Positions 20,495 to 31,249 of a stretch of 32,000 bases of DNA are shown here, piece by piece. The DNA comes from Mesoplasma florum L1. Its GTDB lineage: Bacteria; Bacillota_I; Bacilli_A; Mycoplasmatales; Mycoplasmataceae. The DNA is taken from positions 210,001 through 242,000 of the forward strand of contig NC_006055.1 of the NCBI RefSeq assembly GCF_000008305.1, written 5' to 3'. The stretch's first letter is position 1. Every line of letters starts with the position of its first letter. A model generated the notes under the pieces. That model searched no databases. It was not told where the DNA came from and saw only the letters and a program-made list of their open reading frames with translations. A program made the translations under genes and the position numbers.

Positions 20495-21535
20495 ATGAGT
20501 AATAGTAAAATAGTAGAGGGGGCTTTAAAAACAATGAGTAGTAAAAATGAAATTTGAAAAAATGAAGCCCTTATTTCGGCTTTAAAAACAATAGAAAAAA
20601 ACTATGGTAAAGAAGCTTTAGTTGTTTATAATGAAGGCGATGATATTGACCATGATGTTATTTCATCGGGTTCTTTTTTAATTGATCAAGCAATTGGTAT
20701 AGGTGGTTATCCAAAGGGAAGAGTTGTTGAAATATTTGGTCCAGAATCTTCAGGAAAAACCACACTTGCATTACATGCAATTGCTGAAGCACAAAAACAA
20801 GGTGAAATTGCTGCTTTCATTGACGCAGAACATTCTCTTGACTTAAATTATGCTAAAAAAATAGGTGTTGATATAAATAGCTTGTTAGTTAGTCAACCAT
20901 CTTATGGAGAAGAGGCTTTAGATATTTTAGAAACTCTAGTTAAATCTAATTCTATAAGTTTGATAGTTGTTGATTCAGTAGCTGCTTTGGTTCCTAAAAC
21001 TGAATTAGAAGGTGAAATGTCTGACCAATCTATAGGACTTCAAGCAAGAATGATGTCAAAAGCTCTTAGAAAATTAAATGGAGTAATTTCAAAGTCTAAA
21101 ACAACTGTAATTTTTATTAATCAATTAAGAGAAAAAATAGGAATAATGTTTGGAAATCCAGAAACAACGACTGGTGGTAGAGCTTTAAAATTTTTCTCTA
21201 CTTTAAGAATAGAAGTAAGAAAAGGTGAATCTTTAATTGAAAATGGAATTGTTGTTGCTAACAAAGTAAAAGTAAAAGTTGTTAAAAATAAAGTTGCTGT
21301 TCCTTTTAAACAAACACTAATAACAATTGGTTATGACAAAGGAATTGAAAGAATTAATGAAATAATAGAATTAGCAACTCTTTATAATATTTTAGATAAA
21401 TCTGGTGTTTGATACTCATATGAAAAAGAAAAAATAGGACAAGGTAAAAACGCAGTAAAAGAATGATTAAATAAAAACCCTGATAAACTATCAAAAATAG
21501 AATTTGAATTAAAAGAATTTATTGAAAAATCATAG
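20495..21535 (+). CDS. recA: Recombinase RecA
   Basis: [94 protein letters not shown]. 5' half absent from the ORF track because of TGA=Trp. Confidence 0.97.
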
Positions 21536-21578
21536 ACGCCTCTTATTTTAATCTATTTTTTTAATCTTCATTTTGAAG

Positions 21579-21584
21579 TATAAT
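21579..21584 (+). promoter_or_regulatory. -10 box for rny
   Basis: TATAAT at 21579, followed at the expected start site by a GTGT/ACAC hairpin. Confidence 0.45.
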
Positions 21585-21624
21585 ATATATGTGTCTAATA
21601 AACACACTTATATAAGGAGTAAAA

Positions 21625-23136
21625 ATGGGAATTATTATAGGTCTGATTATTGTATCAGTAGCCTTGATAATATCACTATGCTCATTACTTTATATATTGA
21701 CTTCTAAATCTCAAAAAGTCTTAAATGAAAAAAAGATAAAAGAAGCAAAAAATGAAAGAAAAAAAATTCTCTCAGATACATATAGAGAAATTAATGAACA
21801 AAAAAAGTCATTTGAAGAGAATCTTCAATTTGAAAAAAATAAATTAGAGATCGCTAAACAAAACATTGAAAATGAAAATAATTTATTAATCAAGGAAAGA
21901 GCTATTATTATCAAACAACAAGAAGCAATTGATGTTAAAAATACTGACTTGGATAAAAGAATAAAAAATTATTCTGATAAAAGAGAAGAGCTTATAAAAA
22001 GATTAGAAATTATTAGTAACATGACAAGTTTTGAAGCAAAAGCAGAGTTAATGAAAAATGTTGAATCAAAAATTCAATATGAAATTGTAAGTCAGATTAA
22101 ACAAGCTGAAAACTTAGCTCACGCAAGAGCTAAAGAATTATCAAATAATATTATTTTATCTGCAATGGAAAGATTTAAAACAGATATTGTTAATGAAAAA
22201 ACAACAAATTTAGTTAAATTGCCAAATGATGATATAAAAGGTTGAATCATCGGAAAAGATGGTAGAAATCTTAAAACTTTTGAACAATTAGCTGGTGTTG
22301 AAATAATTGTTGATGATACACCTGAAGTGGTAACTATTTCTTCTTTTAATCCGATTAGGAGAGAAATAGCAACAAAAACCTTAGAAAAATTATTAATTGA
22401 TAAAAGAATTCAACCAATAAAAATCGAAAAGGAATTAAAAGTACAAGAAAAATTAATTGATGAAACTATTTTAGAAATAGGATATCAAGTAATGGATGAG
22501 CTTGGTATTCATGATATGGACAAAGAACTTGTTAAATTAGTTGGTAAATTGAAATATAGAACAAGTTATGGTCAAAATGTTTTACTTCACTCAGTCGAAG
22601 TAGCTAAAATAGCTTCAAGTATTGCTTCTGAATTAGGTTTAAATGCCAAACAAGCGCTTAGAGCAGGATTACTACATGATATTGGTAAAGCAATTGATTT
22701 TGAAAAAACAGGTAGCCACGTATTCTTAGGCGTTGAAGTAGCTAGAAAATATGGTGAAGATGAAGTTATTATTAATTCAATTGAAGCTCACCATGAGGAT
22801 GTTGCTAAAGAGAGCGAAATAGCTGTCATAGTTGCAATAGCGGATGCTATTAGCGCTTCAAAACCAGGTGCTAGAAATAATTCAATAGAAGATTTTATTG
22901 TAAGAATGAAAGAAATTGAAAAAATTGGGAATAGTATTCCTGGAATTTCAAAAACTTATGCATTTCAAGCAGGAAGACAAATCAGAGTTATTGTTGATCC
23001 AGTAACTACTGATGACAAAGACCTTGCTGGTATATTAGAAACTCTAAAAAATGACTTAAAAAATAGTGTTATTATCCCAGGTGAAATAACAATTACAGCA
23101 ATAAGAGAAAAAAGAGAAATCTTAGTATTTAATTAA
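21625..23136 (+). CDS. rny: Ribonuclease Y
   Basis: N-terminal TM helix, KH domain ([44 protein letters not shown]), HD domain (LRAGLLHDIGKAIDFE, HHEDVA). Confidence 0.95.
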
Positions 23137-23157
23137 AAGGTTGATAAACCTTTTTTT
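23135..23157 (+). terminator. Terminator after rny
   Basis: AAAAGGTT-GATA-AACCTTTT followed by TTT. Confidence 0.8.
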
Positions 23158-23208
23158 GTTTGTCTAAAAGATTTAAAATTAATGTAAATAGGAATAGAGG
23201 GTCTTTAT

Positions 23209-24171
23209 ATGAAATTTGCAACAATTGGAACTGGATGAATAGTAAAAGAATTTTTAGATGCTGCAAAGGATTTTGCTGAGCTTGAATATTCTATTTGTTA
23301 TAGCAGAAAAAAAGAAACAGCTTTAAGTTTTTTAAATGAAACAAACAATACAAATACTAGAATACTTACAGATTTAAACGAGCTAGCAAAATCTGATTGT
23401 GATTTTGTTTACATAGCATCTCCAAATGGATTACATTATGAACAAACTAAACTTTTATTGGATAATCATAAAAATGTTATATTAGAAAAACCAGCAACTT
23501 TTAAAACACAACAAATAATTGAATTAAAAGAAATTGCCAATAAAAATAAAGTAATTTTAATGGAAGCAACAAAATCTGTTCACGTTGATGAACTTAAAAT
23601 TTTAGAAAGTTTTATAGAATCTAATAATGTTAATTCGGCTATATTTAATTTAAATCAATATTCAAGTAGAATGCCTGATGTAAAACAAGGAAAGTTTAAT
23701 TCTGTTTTTGATTTTGAACTTGGTAAAGGATCATCTTTTGATTTAAATGTTTATCCTGTAGAACTTGCAATTAAACTCTTTGGAAAAGTTTCAGATGTTG
23801 TTGCAAAAAATGTTAGATTAAAAAACAATGTTGGAATTATGAATCATTCAATTTTGTCGCATGAAAATGGAATAATAACTTCTATCACATGTTCAAAGAA
23901 TAATTTTCAATCAATAAACTCACAAATTTTTGCAGAAGATAAAAATGTAGAAATTAAAAACATCACATCAATAGATGAATTTACAATAAACAATTCTATT
24001 TTAAGAGTTGCTCCACTTAATATCAAAATTTCTAAATCAAATGCAATGTGATATGAAGTAAAAGATTTTATTAATCTAATATTAAATAAAGATTTTGAAA
24101 AAATGAATTATTGACTTGATATAACAATAGAAACCATAAGAGTACTTGAAATTATTGAAAATAATAACTAG
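23209..24171 (+). CDS. Gfo/Idh/MocA family oxidoreductase
   Basis: MKFATIGTGWIVKEFLDAAK Rossmann start, DFVYIASPNGLHYEQTKLLLDNHKNVILEKPATF (EKP motif). Confidence 0.85.
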
Positions 24172-24223
24172 GTTATTATAAAAGAAATGAGTAAAAAGCA
24201 TTTAATACTTTATAATTATTAGT

Positions 24224-26338
24224 ATGAATAAAGAAATAATATTACAAATAGTTAAAGAAAATAATGAAATGATATCAATTAATAGTTTAGCAACGAAGCT
24301 AAACTATTTTGATTTACCAAAATTAGAAGATTACTTAAAAGAACTGAACGAAGAAAATATTCTTGCTTTCACTACTGAAAAAAATGTTTATTTATTGGGT
24401 GGTTCTTTTAAAAAAGGAAACTTGAGAATGAATCCAAAAGGATTTGGATTTGTAAACGACGTATTGCAACCTGAAGAAGAGGCTTATTTTGTTCCCCCTG
24501 TTAGTTTAAATGGATGTTTTGATAGTGATGAAGTTATTTTTAAAGTTGTTAAAGACCAAGAAAAAACAAGAGCTGAAATTGTTGAATTATGTTTAAGGGT
24601 TAAAGAATTTTTAATAGGAGAAATAGTAAGAAGTTTTGATGGTAAGTTTTTAGATTTTATACCTAGTGATCAAGCATTTACAGGTTTTAGAATTAGGATA
24701 TTAAATAAAAAAGAATTTCCAATTCAAGAATACCAAATTGTCAAAGCTAAAATAATATCAGTTAAAGAAAGATTATTATTTGTAAGACTTAAAAAAGTAA
24801 TAGGTGATGCTAGAAAAGCTAGTGATAGAATTTTATCCATTGCTGAAGAATTCGAAATTAGAACAGAGTTTGAAAAAGCAACTTTAAAAGAGGCAGAAAG
24901 AGTAAATGTTCCTGTTGAGCATGAAGTTGATGAAATAAACAGAAGAATGAAAAATTCATTATTAGATAAAATGGTTGTTACAATTGATGGAATTGACTCA
25001 AAAGATTTAGATGACGCAATATGTGTTGAAAAATTAGAAAATGGTGAATTTAAATTATATGTTGCTATTGCTGATGTTAGTCATTATGTTGAACCAAAAA
25101 CACCATTAGATAAAGAAGCATTAATAAGAGGTAACTCAACTTACTTAGCTAATAGAGTCTTACCTATGCTTCCAAAAATTTTAAGTGATGATTTATGTTC
25201 ATTAAATCCAAATACAAAAAAATTTGCATTAGCATGTGAAATGAAGTTTGATAAAAATGGAATTATGATTAGTAAAGAAGTTTATGAAACAATTATGATT
25301 TCAAAAGTAAGATTAAACTATAATGAAGTTAATGAATATATTGCAAATAAAACATGAAATCATTGCGAAGAATCAAGAACAATGATTGATCAAGCAATTG
25401 AACTATTTAAATTAATTGAACAAGTAAAAATTAAACGTGGAACAATTACTTTTGATGTTAGAGAACCAAAAGTAATAATGGATGAAAATAGTAACGTTAT
25501 TGAAATTAAAGCAAGACAAACTGGTGAATCTGAAAAGTTGATTGAACAATTTATGGTTAGTGCAAATGAAGCTGTTGCTGAAATAGTTTATGAAATGGAA
25601 TTACCATTTATTTATAGAAATCATGATAAACCTGATGAAGAAGATTTAATTACATGATATCAATCATTGAAATCATTTGGGATTGATCCTAAATTAACAC
25701 CATTGGAAATGTTAGATCCTATAAACATTAATAAAACATTAAAAAGAATTAGTGAACAAACCAAAGATCCTATTGAAGAAGAATTATTAAACTTATCTCT
25801 TTTAAGATATATGGCAAAAGCTAAATATGAATTAGAAAATATTGGGCATTTTGGTTTATCAAGTAAATGTTATACCCACTTCACTTCACCAATTAGAAGA
25901 TACAGTGATTTAATTGTTCACAGATATTTAAAACAATACATCATTAATAAAGATTATGATCAAAAAGCATTAGAAATGAATGAAGCATTTATCAAAAAAG
26001 CATCAGTAATAATTAATGAAACAGAAACAACTAGCGTAGACTGTGAACGAGAAGTAGTTAAAGCTTGTACAGTTGAATATATGAGCGATAAAATAGGAAA
26101 TATTTATGAAGGAACAATCTCTGTAGCATTAAAATTTGGTATTTTTGTTCAACTTGAAAATATGGTAGAAGGTTTGGTTCATATTTCAAATCTTGAACCT
26201 AACATAGTTTATGATGAAACTAATAAAATACTAATTAAACATGATAATACATTTTATAGAATGGGACAAAAAGTTAAAATTAAAGTTATAAGCGCTGATA
26301 TTAGAAAAAGAAAAATTGACTTTATTTTAGTTAAATAA
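24224..26338 (+). CDS. rnr: Ribonuclease R
   Basis: NPKGFGFV cold-shock-like segment, TIDGIDSKDLDDAICVEKLENGEFKLYVAIADVSHYV, YTHFTSPIRRYSDLIVHRYL, C-terminal S1 domain. Three ORFs in one frame once TGA=Trp. Confidence 0.95.
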
Positions 26339-26357
26339 AAGTAAGGAGGTTCTTGTT

Positions 26358-26807
26358 ATGGGTGAACATGTTATTGCATTAAACAAAAAAGCAAAATTTA
26401 ATTATGAAATACTTGAAACTTGAGAAGCAGGAATTGAACTTTACGGACCTGAAATTAAATCTATTAGAAATCATGAAGCAAATATTGCTGAAGCATTTAT
26501 ATTAATCAGAAAAAAAGAAGCATTTTTAATAAATGCAAATATTAAAAAATATGATTATGCAAATTTTGTAAAAGGTATAGATCCTTTACGAACAAGAAAA
26601 TTGTTACTACATAAAAAGGAAATTAATAAAATTTTAAAAAGAGTAATGCTAGAAAAACTTACAATTGTACCTTTAAGACTTTATTTAAAAGGCAATTATG
26701 CTAAATTAGAAATTGGTTTAGGTCGTGGTAAGAAAATACATGATAAGAGAGAAACAATTAAAAAAAGAGATATTGAAAGAAAAGAAATGCGAAAATATAA
26801 ATATTAG
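26358..26807 (+). CDS. smpB: SsrA-binding protein SmpB
   Basis: [47 protein letters not shown]...[23 protein letters not shown]. Confidence 0.93.
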
Positions 26808-26816
26808 GAGAACAAT

Positions 26817-27047
26817 ATGAATAGACAACAAACTATTGGATTAATTATTTTATTAATAGGTTTAGCATTTTTTATAGGTTTTGGTTTAATAGCATTGTTT
26901 TATAGAAAAACTATTAAGAAGTCTGATGATTTTTTAACTGAAAAAAAATATGTAGGTATGCGAGAATTTACAAAGACAAATTTTACACTTTTTCTTTCTT
27001 TATTTGGTTTAGTATTAGCAATAGCAGGATTAGTATTTTTAATCTAA
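26817..27047 (+). CDS. Uncharacterised 76-aa protein with two transmembrane segments
   Basis: MNRQQTIGLIILLIGLAFFIGFGLIALFYRKTIKKSDDFLTEKKYVGMREFTKTNFTLFLSLFGLVLAIAGLVFLI*; RBS aggag. Confidence 0.72.
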   Translation: MNRQQTIGLIILLIGLAFFIGFGLIALFYRKTIKKSDDFLTEKKYVGMREFTKTNFTLFLSLFGLVLAIAGLVFLI

Positions 27048-27056
27048 AGGAGTATT

Positions 27057-27545
27057 ATGGAAAATAGCACAAATATGAATTCTCTTCCTTCATGGGGAAT
27101 AGCAATTTTAATAGTAATATTTGTCATAGCTTTAATTATTGCTTGTTGGGGTTTTTTATCAGGTTTTAATTTAAAAAGAAAACATTCTACAACTTCTTCT
27201 TCAATTGTTTGAAATGAATTATTTGTGAATAAGAAAGCAATTAAATTTGATCAAACTTTTAATATTAACAAAGGTATATTTGCTTTAACTTTTGCTAAAG
27301 TTGAAAAAAATGATTTTTTCCTGCCTATATATATATTTGAGACTGATGATTTTAAACGTGAGTCAAAAGAATTAATTTCAAAAATAATTGAAAATGAGTT
27401 TGAAACTATAAACAATTATATGAAAGAAAATAAAAAGAATTTAAAAGATATATTTTTTGTCCAATTAGAAGAAAAAACTTCTGATTTAAAAAAAGAAGAA
27501 TGAATTAAAAAAACCGGAAGCAAAAATAGAGGTTTTAATACATAA
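27057..27545 (+). CDS. Uncharacterised N-terminally membrane-anchored protein
   Basis: MENSTNMNSLPSWGIAILIVIFVIALIIACWGFLSGFNLKRKHS TM segment then a charged soluble domain. Frame joins ORF 27225..27503 via TGA=Trp. RBS aaggag. Confidence 0.7.
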
Positions 27546-27548
27546 CAT

Positions 27549-27586
27549 GGTTTTATTTGGAATAATTTCCCAAATAAAACCTTTTT
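27549..27586 (+). terminator. Strong terminator between the small-membrane-protein genes
   Basis: GGTTTTATTTGG (27549-27560) / CCAAATAAAACC (27570-27581) perfect 12-bp stem followed by TTTTT. Confidence 0.88.
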
Positions 27587-27623
27587 ATCTTTTTTTATGT
27601 GAAAATATACAATGAGGTGCAAA

Positions 27624-27857
27624 ATGGAAACAAACAAATTATTAGGATTAATTATAATGATTATCGGTCTATTAATAATGGTGATTTTTGGTGTGTTAGC
27701 TTTTTGGGTTAAGAACAGATCAAAGATTCATGATGAGTTTTATAGAAGAAATAAAGAAAGTCAAACTATTTGAGAATTCACTAAAAAGAATTTCCCTATT
27801 TTTCTATCTTTATTTGGATTTGTTATGGCGTTTTCAGGATTAATGATGTTAGTCTAA
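27624..27857 (+). CDS. Uncharacterised 77-aa protein with two transmembrane segments, paralogue of 26817..27047
   Basis: METNKLLGLIIMIIGLLIMVIFGVLAFWVKNRSKIHDEFYRRNKESQTIWEFTKKNFPIFLSLFGFVMAFSGLMMLV*. RBS gaggtg. Absent from ORF track because of an internal TGA. Confidence 0.7.
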
Positions 27858-27896
27858 TTTTGCACCATTAAAAACAAATTATGAAAGGGAAAAAAG

Positions 27897-30026
27897 ATGA
27901 AAAGTTTTTCTTCTATTGAATGAAAAAGTAGTGCTAAAAACTCTTGAGAAATGTTCAAAAAGGGTTGTGGAAACATTATGCCTACACTTTCAAAACTAAG
28001 TAAAGCTTTCCTTTTACCTATTGCTTTACTTCCAATCGCGGGAGTATTCTTAGGTGTAGGGTCAGCTATAGCTTCAAATTCAGTTGATGGTACTTTTGGT
28101 TATTTCTTAGGATCATTGCTTAATAAAATGGGTGATGTATGTTTTGGGAACTTACCAGTACTGTTCTGTATTTCAGTTGCCCTTGCATATACTAAAGACT
28201 CAGGAATTGCAGCTATTACAGCTGTTGTAGGTTTCTTAGTTATGAATGGTATGCAAGCAGCGTTATTACATACTCAACAATTAAACATTGATACAACAAA
28301 CTTATGAGTACAAACAAGTATCGATGAAAATGGTAAAGCTGTTTGAGAACATTTTACTAGTGTAGTTGTAGATGCAAACGGAAAAGGTAAAATTAATTGA
28401 GCAGACTCTTCAATTAATTTACAAAATATAATGGCTTGAGGAATTGGTTCTAGTGAAGATAATCTTCGTATGGTTAATTCAAATTTTGAATTAATTGATG
28501 GAGCTGGATCAGTTTACTATTCATTATTATGAATTAATAAAATTCCTAATGGTTTAATTACTTCAAATATTGGTGTAAATTCATTAAATACAGGAGTATT
28601 TGCAGGTATTTTCGTTGGAGCTATCGCAGCTAAATGTTACAATAAATTTCATCAAACTCAATTACCATCAGCAATTAGTTTCTTTAGCGGAACAAAATTA
28701 GTTCCGATTGTAACTTTTGTTGCTGTTATACCATTATCATTTATTTTTATGTTTATTTGACCATATGTTGGTATGGGATTAGCAGCATTTGGTCAAGCAT
28801 CAGGAAAATTACCTGGTGGTTTAGATTCATTTATCTATGAAGTAGCAGAACGTTCATTAGTTCCATTTGGACTACACCACGTATTCTATGCTCCATTATG
28901 ATGGACAAATGCTGGAGGTTCAATTGCTGAAGCATTCAACAAAGCAACTCCAGAACAACAAGCAGAATTTGTTAAAATTTGATCAGCAAATCATTCAGTT
29001 TTAGCTGAAACACTTTTAAACGGTGTTTCAGAAGGATTAAAATTCCAAACAATTAGAAATATGATTTCAAGTGATTATCCTGATTTATGAAAATCAATGG
29101 GTGATCAAACTATGGCATATTCAGTTATCGCAAAAATTAATGTATTAAACTTTACAGACTTAGAAGCTTTAGGGTTAAACATAGGTAGATTCCAATCAGG
29201 TAAATTCGGATTTATGTTATTAGGATTACCAATGGCTGGATTAGCTATGTGATTAAACGTACCTAAAGAAAACAGAAAAGAAGTTATGGGAATTTACTTC
29301 TCAGCAGCCTTTACTTGTTTCTTAACAGGTATTACAGAACCAATCGAATATACATTCTTATTCTTAGCACCATGATTATTCTATGGTGTACATATGCCTT
29401 TAGCAGCTATTTCATTCTTATTTGCTGGGTTATTCAAAACTCACGTATCAATGACTGTTTCTGGAGGATTTATTGATTACATCGTATTCGGAGTTATCCC
29501 TTACTTTGGATCAAAAGCAATGTCAGCTAAATCAGCATTTGCAATCTTAGGAGTTTCAGCCGCAATGGCGCCAGCTTACTTCTTCGGATTCTACTTTGCA
29601 GTAAAATACGGAAATGTTATGGTACCAGGTCGTGATGGAAGTACAAACGTGCAATTAGCAACAAAAGCTGAATATAAAGCATCAAAAGGATTAAATGTTG
29701 ATGGAAGCAAAATTGAAGAGGGAAAATCTACAAAAGCATCTGCAAAAGATGCTGTTGAAGAAGCAAGAATTCAAAAAGCTACAAAAATCATCGAATTCTT
29801 AGGTGGAGAAGCTAATATCGTTGACGTTGATGCATGTGCTAGCCGTTTACGTTTAACTGTTAAAGATGGATCTTTAGTTGATAAAGATGGAATTATTTCT
29901 TTAGGTGGAGCTACTGGAGCTCTAATTAGAGGAACAAATGTACAAGTTGTTTATGGTGGAGAACAAGAAGCTATTAAACCTCGTATGATTAAAATCTTAG
30001 ATGAACAAAGAAAATCTAAAAAATAG
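27897..30026 (+). CDS. ptsG: PTS glucose-type transporter subunit IICB
   Basis: IIC: [67 protein letters not shown]: [17 protein letters not shown]. Substrate (glucose vs related sugar) is inferred. Confidence 0.9.
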
Positions 30027-30040
30027 TAATATTTAAAAAT

Positions 30041-30074
30041 AAAATGCTTATCGTAAGATAAGCATTTTTTATTT
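30041..30074. terminator. Bidirectional terminator between ptsG and add
   Basis: AAAATGCTTATC-GTAA-GATAAGCATTTT then TT, located between convergent genes. Confidence 0.88.
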
Positions 30075-31073
30075 GAAGTAGTTTTCTATTTTTTCTTTTA
30101 AATATTCTTTTTCTTCAGTATTAGTGAATGTTGAATTTAATGTTTTTAATAATAGATTTTTTCATTTTTCTTCAGATATTTTATTATTTTGATTAACTAA
30201 AAGATAGTTATCATTCAAAGTTGTAGGTCCAAAATATGCAGGGTCATCAGAATTTATTGAAAAAGAAATATCATTGTCTAAGAAAACTTGAATAGGAAAT
30301 GTTTTTGGGTCAAGTCAAGCTTTTGAGTAAAAATTAGGCAAAGGACATAATGATAAATGTATTTCTTTTTCTTTAACTAATTTTAATGCTTCTAAACTTT
30401 TATGAATATATAATCCATGATCAATTCTATCAGGGTTTAAAATATTTATAACCTCAATTGGGTCTTGTTCAAAACTATTTTCAGCAGCATGTGTTGTTAC
30501 ATTTAAGCCTAGATTCCTTGCTTTATCAACAACTGGTTTAAAAATGGCTGCTCAGTTTTCAATTTCATTAGAATCAAAACCTATTCCAACAATTTTTTTA
30601 TTTTCAATAGCAAGTTTTGACATATCTAAAATATTTAAAGCTTCATCAACGCTTTCATCTTTCAAAAAACACATAATTAACTTTGCTTTTAAATCAAGTT
30701 CTTTTTCTGCTTTTTCTAAAGCTTGATACAAACCATCTATAACATCATCTAAATGAATGCCTCGTTTAATGTGAGGTTGTGGATCAAAGAAAATCTCAGT
30801 ATAGATAACATTTTGTTTTTTTGCATTTTTCAAATGATTTCAAGCTAAATCAAAAAAGTCTTGTTGATTCTCTAAGACAGCCATATTTTTATAGTAGTCT
30901 TTTAAAAAATCAGACAAACTAGTAAAAACGGGTGGCTTTGATAATTTTTCTAAGTACATAGGATCAAAATTTAATTGCTTTTGTTCAATTTTAGCTAAAA
31001 CTGTTTTAGCTTCTAAAGTCCCTTCTATATGTACATGTAATTCAATTTTTGGCATATTTTCAATATTTTTCAT
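30069..31073 (-). CDS. add: Adenosine deaminase family protein
   Basis: MPKIELHVHIEGTLEAKT, FFDPQPHIKRGI, VTTHAAENS, RIDHGLYI, LSLCPLPNL, SINSDDPAYFG. Frame continuous with TGA=Trp. Start could be 31073 or the Met of MPKIELHVH. Confidence 0.88.
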
Positions 31074-31249
31074 ACAACTCCTTTATTTAAAAATATGAAC
31101 TTATAATATCAAAATACTAATAAACAAAAGGTATTTTTGAAACACAATATAATTACTTTTTTATGTTAAAATAAAAAAAATGTGTCGAATAAATATGAAT
31201 AATTTTTTATTTTATTCATTGTGATATTAGTCAAAATAGAGGTACTAAA

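Noticed and set aside
27416-27637. Minus-strand ORF spanning the 27549 terminator
   Set aside because: Contains the perfect terminator stem and is antisense to the membrane-anchored protein; not credible.
30544-30726. Plus-strand ORF within add
   Set aside because: Antisense to the adenosine deaminase gene.
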